DNA from: an uncultured Candidatus Saccharibacteria bacterium
GTDB taxonomy: Bacteria; Patescibacteriota; Minisyncoccia; Phycocordibacterales; UBA9973
Direction: 5' to 3'
Length of the DNA: 37,738 nucleotides
Assembly (NCBI GenBank): GCA_964546355.1
Contig: CAZJJM010000002.1
Coordinates: 1-37,738, forward strand
Shown here: in pieces, positions 17,133-26,350 of the stretch
How positions within the stretch are numbered: the stretch's first letter is position 1
How the letters are laid out: each line of letters begins with the position of its first letter
The notes under the pieces: generated by a model
What the model was told of the DNA's origin: nothing
Database searches by the model: none
The model's input: the letters and a program-made list of their open reading frames with translations, nothing else
Program-made: the position numbers and the translations under genes

Positions 17133-17822
17133 TTATTGTGGCATACCGTTATTTTCTGGTAACGTCTCGACGGTATTCATATCAGTGGTTTGTTGTGAGA
17201 TTGCAGGTGTGACTGACTGTGGAAGAGATGATTTCTGAACATTGATGCGATATGAGACAAATGATGGATCTACAGAAAATGTAAGATCAAATAACACATT
17301 GCCTTTTTCATCAAGGGCAAGGTTTGAAAAGATAATGTTCTTAAGATATTTGTTCTTTGCAAGAAGATCTGACTGAAGTGCAATAGACGTATAGTTGGTT
17401 GCTTGGCCAGAAAGTTTGACTACGACTTTTTCAGCACCTGCTTCAGGATTTAATGAGTACGAAAACTTAGTGTATCGAACTGATTTGAGTGTTGCCTCTT
17501 GTAATGCAGCAAAAATTGGTGATACAGAAATATGGTTTGAAAGAATTTCTTGTGATGCATTGAGTCGTCTTTCTACTTGTTGCAGATTGTTGATAAGTGT
17601 GGCCTCAAACTCAGATTTTGCAGCTGCGAGTGATTGTGCTTGAGTCAGTACTTTTTTTGTTGCGTATGTTTTGTATGCGTATGCACCACCAGCAGCAACA
17701 AGTGATGTAATAAAAACAACAACACCAATGATGTTGAAAATATTAGAACTCACACCGGACGTTTTTTGTTCGGTGACGAGTGGTTTCTTTGGAATAAACG
17801 ATGTTTGAAATTGTTGCTCCAT
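17133..17822 (-). CDS. pilN: PilN-like pilus alignment protein
   Basis: 229 aa. Features seen: a short cytoplasmic N-terminus (..FIPKKP..), a single TM helix (IIGVVVFITSLVAAGGAYAY) and a periplasmic-type domain. It lies directly downstream of pilM. Confidence 0.5.
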   Translation of the reverse strand: MEQQFQTSFIPKKPLVTEQKTSGVSSNIFNIIGVVVFITSLVAAGGAYAYKTYATKKVLTQAQSLAAAKSEFEATLINNLQQVERRLNASQEILSNHISVSPIFAALQEATLKSVRYTKFSYSLNPEAGAEKVVVKLSGQATNYTSIALQSDLLAKNKYLKNIIFSNLALDEKGNVLFDLTFSVDPSFVSYRINVQKSSLPQSVTPAISQQTTDMNTVETLPENNGMPQ

Positions 17823-17853
17823 AATGTGTGAGAAGATCTACACTCTTAGTATA

Positions 17854-19026
17854 TTACTGAAGCTTACGTAATGCAATCCCCAACGCAACACCAAACTCAG
17901 GTCCAGCACTTTCAAGTGCCTTAGAAAGAAATACTGGTGCTTCGATTTTTGCAAATGGATTACCAATCACGACATCGCAACTAAAATTTTTCTTTGCTTC
18001 TTCGACAAATCCTTTTAGAAGAACACCGCCACCAGTGAGTACGACCTTGCTAATGATTTTGTTTTGCTTACGCTCATAATCAAGGACAACACTATTTGCT
18101 TCCATAAAAATATAATCGAGTGATGCTTTCATAATCTCAGCAGCTTTTTGATCACCACCAATACCTGTAAGACCTTGTGAACGCTTGAGTTCTTCTGCTT
18201 TTTCAAATGGAATCGCGAGTGATGTCGCAAGTGAATTTGAAATATCGTGTGAACCACGATTCACTACGTGAAATGTTCGCACTACACCATGCTCAATGAC
18301 AGAAAGCTTGGTCTTCGATGCCCCCATGTCGAAGATAAGCACTGGAGAAAGTTCATGTCCGAAGTTTGCACGAATACTACTAAATACTTCAATTTCAAAT
18401 ACTGGGTCTACAAGTTCTAGTGAAGTAACTAATTCTTTGTATCGAGTAAGCGTATCGTTGTGAATTGCGACTACTAACGCTTCTTTTTTGTGTGAAGTAG
18501 GAGTACTTGTTGTTTCATCAAGACCTTCTGGACCAGAAGTCTCACTATCACGTTCTGGAATCACCCACCAATCAAGTGTCACCTCTGCAATCGGCACAGG
18601 AATAAATTTACGTGCTTCTGTTTGAATCACACTATCATATTCTTTTTCAGACAGACGTTCTGGAATTTCTACGATAAAGATAAGACTCGCAGCAGATGGA
18701 ATAGCAAATGCTGTTTCTTTTGTATTCACTCCTGATGCTTTCAAGAGCTCAGTAATAGCTGGGAGAAGCTTTTCATTATCAAGATTAGTCACCTTGCCTG
18801 CAGGAAGATCTGCGTATGGACCAAGTGCAATCGCACCATAGGTCTCAAGCACCGCACGTCCTTCGCGTTTCTTAATCTGCACAACTTTGATTGCTGAAGT
18901 ACCAATATCAATACCGATAACACTATCGGATTTTGTTTGCATAACATTATTGAGCGCAGACGTGCTCACTTTTTGAAATGTTTCTTTGAGTTTTGCCATT
19001 ATATCCATATGGAAATAGTATACCAT
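17854..19026 (-). CDS. pilM: Actin-like ATPase PilM
   Basis: 390 aa with the motifs ..IGIDIGTSAIKVVQI.. and ..IFDMGASKTKLSVI.. and ..VVLTGGGVLLKG... Alternative starts lie at 19008 and 18999 (MAKLKETF). Confidence 0.85.
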   Translation of the reverse strand: MVYYFHMDIMAKLKETFQKVSTSALNNVMQTKSDSVIGIDIGTSAIKVVQIKKREGRAVLETYGAIALGPYADLPAGKVTNLDNEKLLPAITELLKASGVNTKETAFAIPSAASLIFIVEIPERLSEKEYDSVIQTEARKFIPVPIAEVTLDWWVIPERDSETSGPEGLDETTSTPTSHKKEALVVAIHNDTLTRYKELVTSLELVDPVFEIEVFSSIRANFGHELSPVLIFDMGASKTKLSVIEHGVVRTFHVVNRGSHDISNSLATSLAIPFEKAEELKRSQGLTGIGGDQKAAEIMKASLDYIFMEANSVVLDYERKQNKIISKVVLTGGGVLLKGFVEEAKKNFSCDVVIGNPFAKIEAPVFLSKALESAGPEFGVALGIALRKLQ

Positions 19027-19054
19027 AATGCGCTATACTTACTGTGTATAAATC

Positions 19055-19702
19055 ATGAGTATTCGTACATTCATCGCAAATATACTCTTTCCTCTTCACT
19101 GCATCAGATGCAAAAAAGAAGGCACACACTTATGCCTCTCTTGTGCAATGTACTGCAAAAAACCACATGAGGCACCACATGCGTATATTCACGTGGCATT
19201 CTCATACAAAGACCCGTTTATCAGAAAACTTATACGGAAATTCAAATACAGCCACCTTGCAAGTATTGGTAAAACATTTGGCATGCTGCTCAAAGACTTA
19301 TGTATCGAAGATTTCGCCTCATGGCATGAACTCTACCCACATATCCCACTCGCAATTATTCCTGTGCCAAGCTCAGGAACTCACACAAGAAGTCGCGGAT
19401 ACAACACAAGTGCACTCATTGCCAAGCACATGATGGACGGTGTGGATATTCCACATACTATATATATGTATGCAATAACCAAAAATCCTCTTATAGAAGC
19501 CCAATCAATGATCAATAACCGTAGTAAACGCTTGCAAAACATCAAAGGTGCCTTTATTCTTACCGATCCACAGGTAATAAAAGGCAAATATGTGGTTATT
19601 GTCGATGATGTGACCACTACCGGAGGGACAATCGATGAGATCAAAAAACTCTGTATGAAAGCCGGTGCCAAAAAAGTTTCAGCGTATGTTGTGGCTCATT
19701 AG
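19055..19702 (+). CDS. comFC: ComF-family phosphoribosyltransferase-like competence protein
   Basis: Features seen: an N-terminal 4-Cys zinc finger (CIRCKK..CLSC) and a C-terminal PRTase motif VVIVDDVTTTGGT. The protein is 215 aa. Confidence 0.85.
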   Translation: MSIRTFIANILFPLHCIRCKKEGTHLCLSCAMYCKKPHEAPHAYIHVAFSYKDPFIRKLIRKFKYSHLASIGKTFGMLLKDLCIEDFASWHELYPHIPLAIIPVPSSGTHTRSRGYNTSALIAKHMMDGVDIPHTIYMYAITKNPLIEAQSMINNRSKRLQNIKGAFILTDPQVIKGKYVVIVDDVTTTGGTIDEIKKLCMKAGAKKVSAYVVAH

Positions 19703-19724
19703 AAATAAAACCGCTCTAAACATT

Positions 19725-19753
19725 TTGACTTCACTCTTGATTTTTGCTATAGT
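19725..19753 (+). promoter_or_regulatory. Sigma70-type promoter of secG
   Basis: TTGACT (19725-19730), a 17-nt spacer, then TATAGT (19748-19753). The ATG of secG begins 7 nt after the -10 box. Confidence 0.55.
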
Positions 19754-19759
19754 ATAGCC

Positions 19760-19987
19760 ATGATCAGTATGACTACTATGTCGTGGATACAAATTGTCCT
19801 ATCAATTGTACTCATTACCACTATCCTCATCCAACGCGGAAGCTCTGGAGCAGGTAGTGCCTTTGGCGGAAGCGACAGCAATGCTCAAATATACCAGAAG
19901 CGTGGACTTGAAAAAGCGCTTTTCTACTTCACAATTGTGATTGCTATTTTGTTTGCACTTTCTGCGCTCGTCCGAATACTGATGTAA
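19760..19987 (+). CDS. secG: Preprotein translocase subunit SecG
   Basis: 75 aa with two TM helices flanking the Gly-rich loop LIQRGSSGAGSAFGGS. Confidence 0.75.
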   Translation: MISMTTMSWIQIVLSIVLITTILIQRGSSGAGSAFGGSDSNAQIYQKRGLEKALFYFTIVIAILFALSALVRILM

Positions 19988-20084
19988 TATTGGGTGTATT
20001 CTAGGTGTTTTTAATACCTGCCTAACAACCCTGTGATCTAAAGACGTTTTGTTTGTTGTGCATCATGCACTCACCTTCTTCTTT

Positions 20085-21866
20085 ATGCAATTTTTTACAC
20101 AGCTTATAAAAAGATTCCGTGCCCTAAAAACAGAATCAAGCACAGCCCTTCGTACATTTTCAAGTCGCGAATGGATGGTCTTTTCTTTTGCCAGTGTACT
20201 ATTGATTATTAGTGCGATTGGTATGTTGTATAAACTCAACAAACTATTCGTGGTGACTGTTCCTATCTCAGGAGGAACACTCAAAGAAGGAATTGTCGGT
20301 ACACCAAGATTCATCAATCCAATACTTGCAATATCTGACGCAGACAAAGATCTGACAGGATTGGTGTATTCAGGGCTGATGAAGCACGACAACACAGGAC
20401 GTCTCGTGACTGACCTCGCAGAGTCATATACCATATCAAAGAATGGTCTGGTGTATACATTTATCATTCGCGAAGATGCGACATTTCACGACGGTGAACA
20501 AATTACCGCCGATGATGTTGTTTTTACTGTTACAAAAACAAAAGACCCTCTTCAAAAAAGCCCTAAGAAAATCAACTGGGAAGGAGTAGAAGTTCAAAAG
20601 GTGGACGACCGGACAGTAACTTTTTCATTAAAAAAACCATATGCGTCTTTTCTTGACAGTGTTACCCTCGGCATCCTTCCGATGCACATATGGAAAAATC
20701 TCAATCCTGAAGAATTCACATTCAGTGAACTGAACACTGACCCGATCGGTAGTGGTCCGTATGAAGTACGTAGTGTCAAAAAAGTATCCGGTATTGCACG
20801 TACCTATACACTGAAATCATTCAAAGGATATACTGGTGGTCAGCCGTATATTCGAACAATAGAGATTACCTCATTTGCAAACACCCAAACCATGGTGGAT
20901 GCATTCAAATCAGGTGAACTTGATCACATCAGTGGTATAGACAGTACCACAGCAAAACAACTCGAAGAAAAAGATAGTTCGGTGCATATTCGCACAGCTG
21001 TCCTTCCTCGTGTATTTGGTATATTTTTTAACCAAAACGAAAATAGTATCTTTACTGACAAAGCAGTGATTGAAGCGTTTCAATTGGCAATCGACAAACA
21101 AGCGATTATCAATGAAGTGCTCAAAGGATATGGTGTGACATTAGAAAGTCCCATTCCGCCACAATTACTTGCTGACACTGATGAAACACTCAGTAGCGAA
21201 ACACCTACTATTTCCAACACTTATTCACTAGAGCAAGCACGTCTTATTCTAGAAAAAAATGGCTGGACAAAAAATAGTGAGGGAGTATTTGAAAAAGTAC
21301 AAAAAACAGGCACAGGCAAAACGCAAAAAACAGAAAAGAAACAGTTGGTATTCTCACTTGCAACAGGAGATGCACCAGAGTTAAAAGACTCAGCATTGTT
21401 GATAAAAAAATATCTGGAAATACTCGGCGCAAAAGTAACATTAGATGTATATGACCTCGCAACATTGAATCAATCAGTGATTCGTCCTCGGTCATATGAT
21501 GCGCTCTTTTTCGGACAAATCATCAGTAATGAAGCAGACCTGTACGCATTCTGGCACTCATCACAGAGAAATGACCCTGGACTCAATATCGCAATGTATA
21601 CCAATACAAAAGCAGATACACTCCTTGAGTCAGCACTCGCAACAACAGACAGTACCGAACGCACAAAAAAATATCTTCAATTCCAAACAATTGTAGAAAA
21701 AGATCTTCCTGCAATTTTTGTCTATGCACCACTATTTACCTACGCAACACGTGGACACATACAAGGAGTTGCCCTTGATCGCGTAACCAATGCAAGCGAC
21801 CGATTTATCACTGTCTCATCATGGTACACCGAAACAGACAACATATGGAAAATTTTTACACAATAA
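20085..21866 (+). CDS. Family-5 (peptide/nickel type) ABC substrate-binding protein with an N-terminal TM anchor
   Basis: The SBP_bac_5-like core reads ..GGTLKEGIVGTPRFINPI..LAESYTISKNGLVYTFIIREDATFHDGEQITADDVVFT... The ATG at 20085 is preferred over the TTG at 20049. The anchor is MVFSFASVLLIISAIGMLY. Confidence 0.8.
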   Translation: MQFFTQLIKRFRALKTESSTALRTFSSREWMVFSFASVLLIISAIGMLYKLNKLFVVTVPISGGTLKEGIVGTPRFINPILAISDADKDLTGLVYSGLMKHDNTGRLVTDLAESYTISKNGLVYTFIIREDATFHDGEQITADDVVFTVTKTKDPLQKSPKKINWEGVEVQKVDDRTVTFSLKKPYASFLDSVTLGILPMHIWKNLNPEEFTFSELNTDPIGSGPYEVRSVKKVSGIARTYTLKSFKGYTGGQPYIRTIEITSFANTQTMVDAFKSGELDHISGIDSTTAKQLEEKDSSVHIRTAVLPRVFGIFFNQNENSIFTDKAVIEAFQLAIDKQAIINEVLKGYGVTLESPIPPQLLADTDETLSSETPTISNTYSLEQARLILEKNGWTKNSEGVFEKVQKTGTGKTQKTEKKQLVFSLATGDAPELKDSALLIKKYLEILGAKVTLDVYDLATLNQSVIRPRSYDALFFGQIISNEADLYAFWHSSQRNDPGLNIAMYTNTKADTLLESALATTDSTERTKKYLQFQTIVEKDLPAIFVYAPLFTYATRGHIQGVALDRVTNASDRFITVSSWYTETDNIWKIFTQ

Positions 21867-21900
21867 CACATTAGAAATAATTATTAATAACCTATTATTT

Positions 21901-23838
21901 ATGAACACAAACAACAACCCACAACCATTCAACCGACGCACGACTGACGAAAACAAACCTCGTCCTCATACAACAAGAACACACACACCTCGTACACACG
22001 AGCATGGTACTTCGCCTGCGCGCAAACCAATGCAAGCAGCAAGTTTCCAATACACCAAACAACACAATCGATCCACTCGCCGCCCACCAGTAGCACAAAG
22101 TGAATCAAGCACTCGACCTGTGCCAGCAAAACCACGAGGTCAAGGACTTCCTCCTGTAGGAAACAATATTCGCATTATCCCACTCGGTGGAGTAGAAGAA
22201 ATCGGCCGTAACTGTACTGCTATTGAGATCGGTAACGATATCATTGTCATTGATGCTGGTATGCAATTCAAAATAGACGATACCCCAGGTATCGACTACA
22301 TGATCCCAAATACGACATATCTTGAAGAAAACAAAGACCGTGTCCGAGCAATGATCGTCACACACGGTCACCTTGATCACATTGGTGGTATTCCCCTTGT
22401 CATGAGTCGTATTGGTAACCCACCACTTTATTCTCGATATCTCTCTATCCTCTTGATGCAAAAACGTCAAGCAGAATTCCCGCATCTTCCTGCGCTCAAT
22501 ATGCAAACTGTTGAAAAAGACAGTGTGATTATGGCAGGTAATATTCGCGTTCGATTCTTCGGAGTGACTCACACGATTCCAGATTCTATGGGTGTGATTA
22601 TTGAAACTCCACACGGTAGTATCGTAACTCCTGGTGACTACAAACTCGACCACATTGACGGCACCCCAACAGACTCTGAAGAAGATGCGTACGCATTTTT
22701 TGACAAAGAAAATGTACTGCTTCTTATGACCGACTCAACAAACGTCGACAATGAAGGATTCTCACTTCCTGAATTCAAAGTACATATTGGACTTGATAAA
22801 CTCATTACACAAAGTACTGGACGTATTATTATTGCAGCGTTTGCATCGCACATTACTCGTCTTATTAAGATCGTAGAAATTGCAGAACGGCTGGGTAAAA
22901 AAGTAGTACTCGATGGACGTTCACTCAAAACAAACATGGAAGTCTGTGAACAAGCAGGTATTTTCAAACCGAAAAAAGGTACTCTGATTGAAATCGAAGA
23001 GGTAGAAAATTATCCTCCACACAAAGTGATTATTCTCATGACAGGTGCACAAGGCGAAGAATTCGCTGCGCTTAATCGTGCCGCAAACAAAACACACAAA
23101 AAATTTAGTCTTACCAAAGGTGATACTATTATTCTTTCAGCGTCAATTGTCCCTGGAAACGAACTTGCTGTTGCGCGACTTAAAGATAACTTGGCACGAC
23201 AAGGAGTAAAAATTGTCAGTTACAGAACAAGTGAAGAAACAATTCACGCGACAGGACACGGCAACCAAGAAGATATCAAATGGCTTCACCGAAAAACACA
23301 TCCAAAATTCTTTATCCCGATTCACGGTAGTCACTACATGCTCACTCTTCACAAAGAACTTGCACTGGGGCTTGGTATGTCAGAAGAAAACATTATTGTC
23401 CCAGACAATGGTTCAGTAATCGAAATACAAGATGAAGGTAAGAAAATGGTTTTGTTGAAAGAAAAAGTTCCTTCAGGAGCAATGATGGTAGATGGATTTT
23501 CTGTGAGTGACCTCCAAGATGTTGTCCTTCGTGATCGTCAAATGCTTGCATCAGATGGTGTATTTGTTGCATTCATTCTTCTTGATGGCAAAACAGGTAA
23601 ATTAAAAAAGTCTCCAGACCTGATCTCTCGTGGATTCGTCTACTTGAAAGAAAACCAGGAACTCCTTCGTCAAACACGTATCATTATCAAAAAAATTGTT
23701 GAAGATGAGACAGCACGCAGTAACAATCCTGCAAACTACGACAATGTCAAAAATGTTTTAGGTGAACAAGTATCAAAATACCTCTATCAAAAAACAGCAA
23801 AACGTCCACTCGTCATTCCAGTTATCTTGAGTGTATAA
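21901..23838 (+). CDS. rnj: Ribonuclease J (beta-CASP metallo-beta-lactamase) with a basic low-complexity N-terminal extension
   Basis: Core motifs are ..IIPLGGVEEIGRNCTAIE..VTHGHLDHIGGIP.. plus beta-CASP motifs. The start was set at the ATG 21901 after the stop of the upstream gene; the ORF is open from 21790. Confidence 0.88.
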   Translation: MNTNNNPQPFNRRTTDENKPRPHTTRTHTPRTHEHGTSPARKPMQAASFQYTKQHNRSTRRPPVAQSESSTRPVPAKPRGQGLPPVGNNIRIIPLGGVEEIGRNCTAIEIGNDIIVIDAGMQFKIDDTPGIDYMIPNTTYLEENKDRVRAMIVTHGHLDHIGGIPLVMSRIGNPPLYSRYLSILLMQKRQAEFPHLPALNMQTVEKDSVIMAGNIRVRFFGVTHTIPDSMGVIIETPHGSIVTPGDYKLDHIDGTPTDSEEDAYAFFDKENVLLLMTDSTNVDNEGFSLPEFKVHIGLDKLITQSTGRIIIAAFASHITRLIKIVEIAERLGKKVVLDGRSLKTNMEVCEQAGIFKPKKGTLIEIEEVENYPPHKVIILMTGAQGEEFAALNRAANKTHKKFSLTKGDTIILSASIVPGNELAVARLKDNLARQGVKIVSYRTSEETIHATGHGNQEDIKWLHRKTHPKFFIPIHGSHYMLTLHKELALGLGMSEENIIVPDNGSVIEIQDEGKKMVLLKEKVPSGAMMVDGFSVSDLQDVVLRDRQMLASDGVFVAFILLDGKTGKLKKSPDLISRGFVYLKENQELLRQTRIIIKKIVEDETARSNNPANYDNVKNVLGEQVSKYLYQKTAKRPLVIPVILSV

Positions 23839-23845
23839 TAGTACA

Positions 23846-24991
23846 ATGAACAAACAGTATCTCACTCGTGTATATATCCTTGGATTCTTGTTTTCATTTC
23901 ATCTTGCATTAACTGCATATGTGAATTCAACATTTCTCAGTACACTTATTTCTGAAAAATATATCGGACTGATGTATGCAGCGAGTTCACTTATCACACT
24001 CGTGGTACTATCATCACTTTCATCAATTCTGGCAAAAATTGGCAACAAAAAAACAACGATTGTTTTTCTTGTGGGAAATATACTTTCAATAGCAGCGTTT
24101 CTCTTTGCAAACGATCTTCGGATACTCACGGCGGCATTTGTTATATTCCTGACAACAAATACCCTTGTGTTTTACTGCTTTGATATTTTTATTGAGCACT
24201 GGAGTGTAAAAGGTTCGATCGGACGAGCACGAGGACTGTATCTCACCACCATCAATCTTGCATGGGTACTTTCACCAATATTGACTGGAAGTATCATTCA
24301 AGCACATGGATACAAGGGCATGTACCTCCTTGCAGGAATTCTCGGTGTCAGTGTCCTCATACTGCTTCCGTTTTTTGTAAACCATTTCAAAGATCCCGCA
24401 TATGTAAAAATTTCTCTTAGAAAAGCATGGGCTCGATTGAAACAGAGTCCGAATATTATGCGAATTGTATTCTTGAACTTTCTGTTACAATTTTTCTTTG
24501 CATTGATGATAGTCTACACACCAATCTACTTACATGACTATATGCATTTTGACTGGAAACATATTGGGATTATCTTTACCATCATGCTTTCACCGTTTGT
24601 TCTTCTTGGGTTCCCTCTTGGAAAAATTGCAGACAAAACTGGTCGCGAAAAAAGTTTTCTTATTGCTGGATTTTTGATTACAGCGATTACTACATACTAT
24701 GTTGGTGTACTTTCTTCTACAAGTATTATTCTCTGGGCAATACTACTTTTTCTCACGAGAGTTGGTGCAGCAACCATAGAAACAATGTCAGAAATATACT
24801 TTTTCAAACATGTGTCCGAAAAAGACACAGACATGCTGAGTATCTTCCGTGACATGACACCTGTTGCATTTCTCATAGCCCCACTTGTCGGCAGTGCTGT
24901 CATTGCAACAGGTTCGTATTCTGTGCTTTTTATTGGATTAAGTATTCTTATGGGTATTGGTGCATATGCATCATATACACTCAAACAATAA
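23846..24991 (+). CDS. MFS-type transporter
   Basis: About 381 aa with about 12 hydrophobic helices. The ORF is open from the GTG at 23831, which overlaps the rnj stop; the ATG at 23846 is preferred. Confidence 0.7.
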   Translation: MNKQYLTRVYILGFLFSFHLALTAYVNSTFLSTLISEKYIGLMYAASSLITLVVLSSLSSILAKIGNKKTTIVFLVGNILSIAAFLFANDLRILTAAFVIFLTTNTLVFYCFDIFIEHWSVKGSIGRARGLYLTTINLAWVLSPILTGSIIQAHGYKGMYLLAGILGVSVLILLPFFVNHFKDPAYVKISLRKAWARLKQSPNIMRIVFLNFLLQFFFALMIVYTPIYLHDYMHFDWKHIGIIFTIMLSPFVLLGFPLGKIADKTGREKSFLIAGFLITAITTYYVGVLSSTSIILWAILLFLTRVGAATIETMSEIYFFKHVSEKDTDMLSIFRDMTPVAFLIAPLVGSAVIATGSYSVLFIGLSILMGIGAYASYTLKQ

Positions 24992-24992
24992 T

Positions 24993-25697
24993 ATGAAAAA
25001 AAGTACCCGCATCAATCTCTATCTCAAAGAACATAACATCACCACTCGTCGCGGAGCTGATGAACTTATTCAAAAGGGTCTCGTAAAAATTAATGGTGTG
25101 AAAGCACGACTTGGTGACCAAGTGTTCCCTTCTGATGTAGTTACCGTAGATAATCGAGTGCTTGAAAAAGTACAAGAGTACGTCTATTTTGCATACAATA
25201 AACCTCGAGGCGTGAGCACTACCGCATCCACACCGGGAGAAAAAGACATTCTTGGAACGACAACATTTCCTACAGCAGTCTTCCCTGTCGGCAGACTTGA
25301 TAAAGCAAGTCATGGATTGATCATCATGACCAATGATGGACGAGTCACTGATAGACTACTGAACCCGAAAGGAATTCACGAAAAAGAATACATTGTAGAA
25401 ACAGACAAATCAATCAAAGGTGTCGATCTCGTAAAAATGGAAAAAGGAATTCGTATTGAACGTGAAAAAACACTTCCTTGTGTTGCTACTAAGATCAATC
25501 AAACAACAATGTCGATCATTATAACCGAAGGTAAAAAGCACCAAGTCCGTCGCATGTGTGCAGCATTTGGATACCAAGTTGAAGACTTGGAACGTATCCG
25601 TATTGCAAATATTACTCTTGCCGGACTCAAACCAGGAATGTTTCGATCATTTACAGAAAAAGAAAAAACGATCTTCATGCAAGCGCTTGGATTATAA
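24993..25697 (+). CDS. Pseudouridine synthase, RsuA/RluB/RluF family (S4 domain plus catalytic domain)
   Basis: The S4 region reads RINLYLKEHNITTRRGADELIQKGLVKINGV. The catalytic motif is GRLDKASHGLIIMTNDG. The start is at MKKSTRI, directly after the MFS stop. Confidence 0.88.
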   Translation: MKKSTRINLYLKEHNITTRRGADELIQKGLVKINGVKARLGDQVFPSDVVTVDNRVLEKVQEYVYFAYNKPRGVSTTASTPGEKDILGTTTFPTAVFPVGRLDKASHGLIIMTNDGRVTDRLLNPKGIHEKEYIVETDKSIKGVDLVKMEKGIRIEREKTLPCVATKINQTTMSIIITEGKKHQVRRMCAAFGYQVEDLERIRIANITLAGLKPGMFRSFTEKEKTIFMQALGL

Positions 25698-25700
25698 TAA

Positions 25701-25725
25701 AAAAATCCGCACGAAGCGGATTTTT
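25701..25725. terminator. Bidirectional terminator
   Basis: AAAAATCCGC-acgaa-GCGGATTTTT sits between convergent genes. Confidence 0.7.
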
Positions 25726-25730
25726 ACCTA

Positions 25731-26300
25731 TTACAATGCAATAGGTTTCTGTGTTTTTTTAATCACTGCACTGTTTAATAATGCGAGAATAAAAGTTGGT
25801 CTTTTTTCTTGTAAAAATAGTTCGAGTGATTTTTGTATTACCCTAAAATCATCTTCCTCGCCTCTTGTTATCTGAGAAACAAACGGTTCAACATTTTTAG
25901 CATGCTCCCTGTTTTTATAGACAACATGAGAACCCAAGACGGTTATCGGCATATCATGATGCAAGGCTAACATGCGAGGATGTTCAGAAATAATCGCATG
26001 TGTTCCACGAGCATCAATAGGTAAAATTCCTATACCATACAAATCTTCAAAAGATTTTTGCAAGGATTTCGGTTCTATACCAAACGGAACCTCAACAAGA
26101 GCAATTGCCGCTGCATCATACGCACCATGAGACTCCGATGCAAATGTGATTATTTTTCTATTCTCAAAATCTTTTCGTGACTTCGAAATATGTTTTTCTT
26201 TTATTTCTTCAATAAAAGCTTTTGCGTCATGTTCATCTTTTTTTCGAAAGGTTTTAATGAGTGCAATAATTTCTGGTTTTTCTGGTTGTATTTTTTCCAA
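25731..26300 (-). CDS. Hypothetical protein (189 aa)
   Basis: Clean ORF bounded by a terminator. No motif recognised. Confidence 0.6.
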   Translation of the reverse strand: MEKIQPEKPEIIALIKTFRKKDEHDAKAFIEEIKEKHISKSRKDFENRKIITFASESHGAYDAAAIALVEVPFGIEPKSLQKSFEDLYGIGILPIDARGTHAIISEHPRMLALHHDMPITVLGSHVVYKNREHAKNVEPFVSQITRGEEDDFRVIQKSLELFLQEKRPTFILALLNSAVIKKTQKPIAL

Positions 26301-26350
26301 TGTGCAGTTGTTTAATTTCTTTTTATATTATACAAAATAAATTAAAACTG

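Noticed and set aside
19000-19060. Strand switch at pilM/comFC as a possible replication origin
   Set aside because: The spacer is only 28-55 bp. It has no DnaA-box-like repeats or AT-rich unwinding element, and no dnaA or dnaN lies nearby. It is simply a divergent promoter region.
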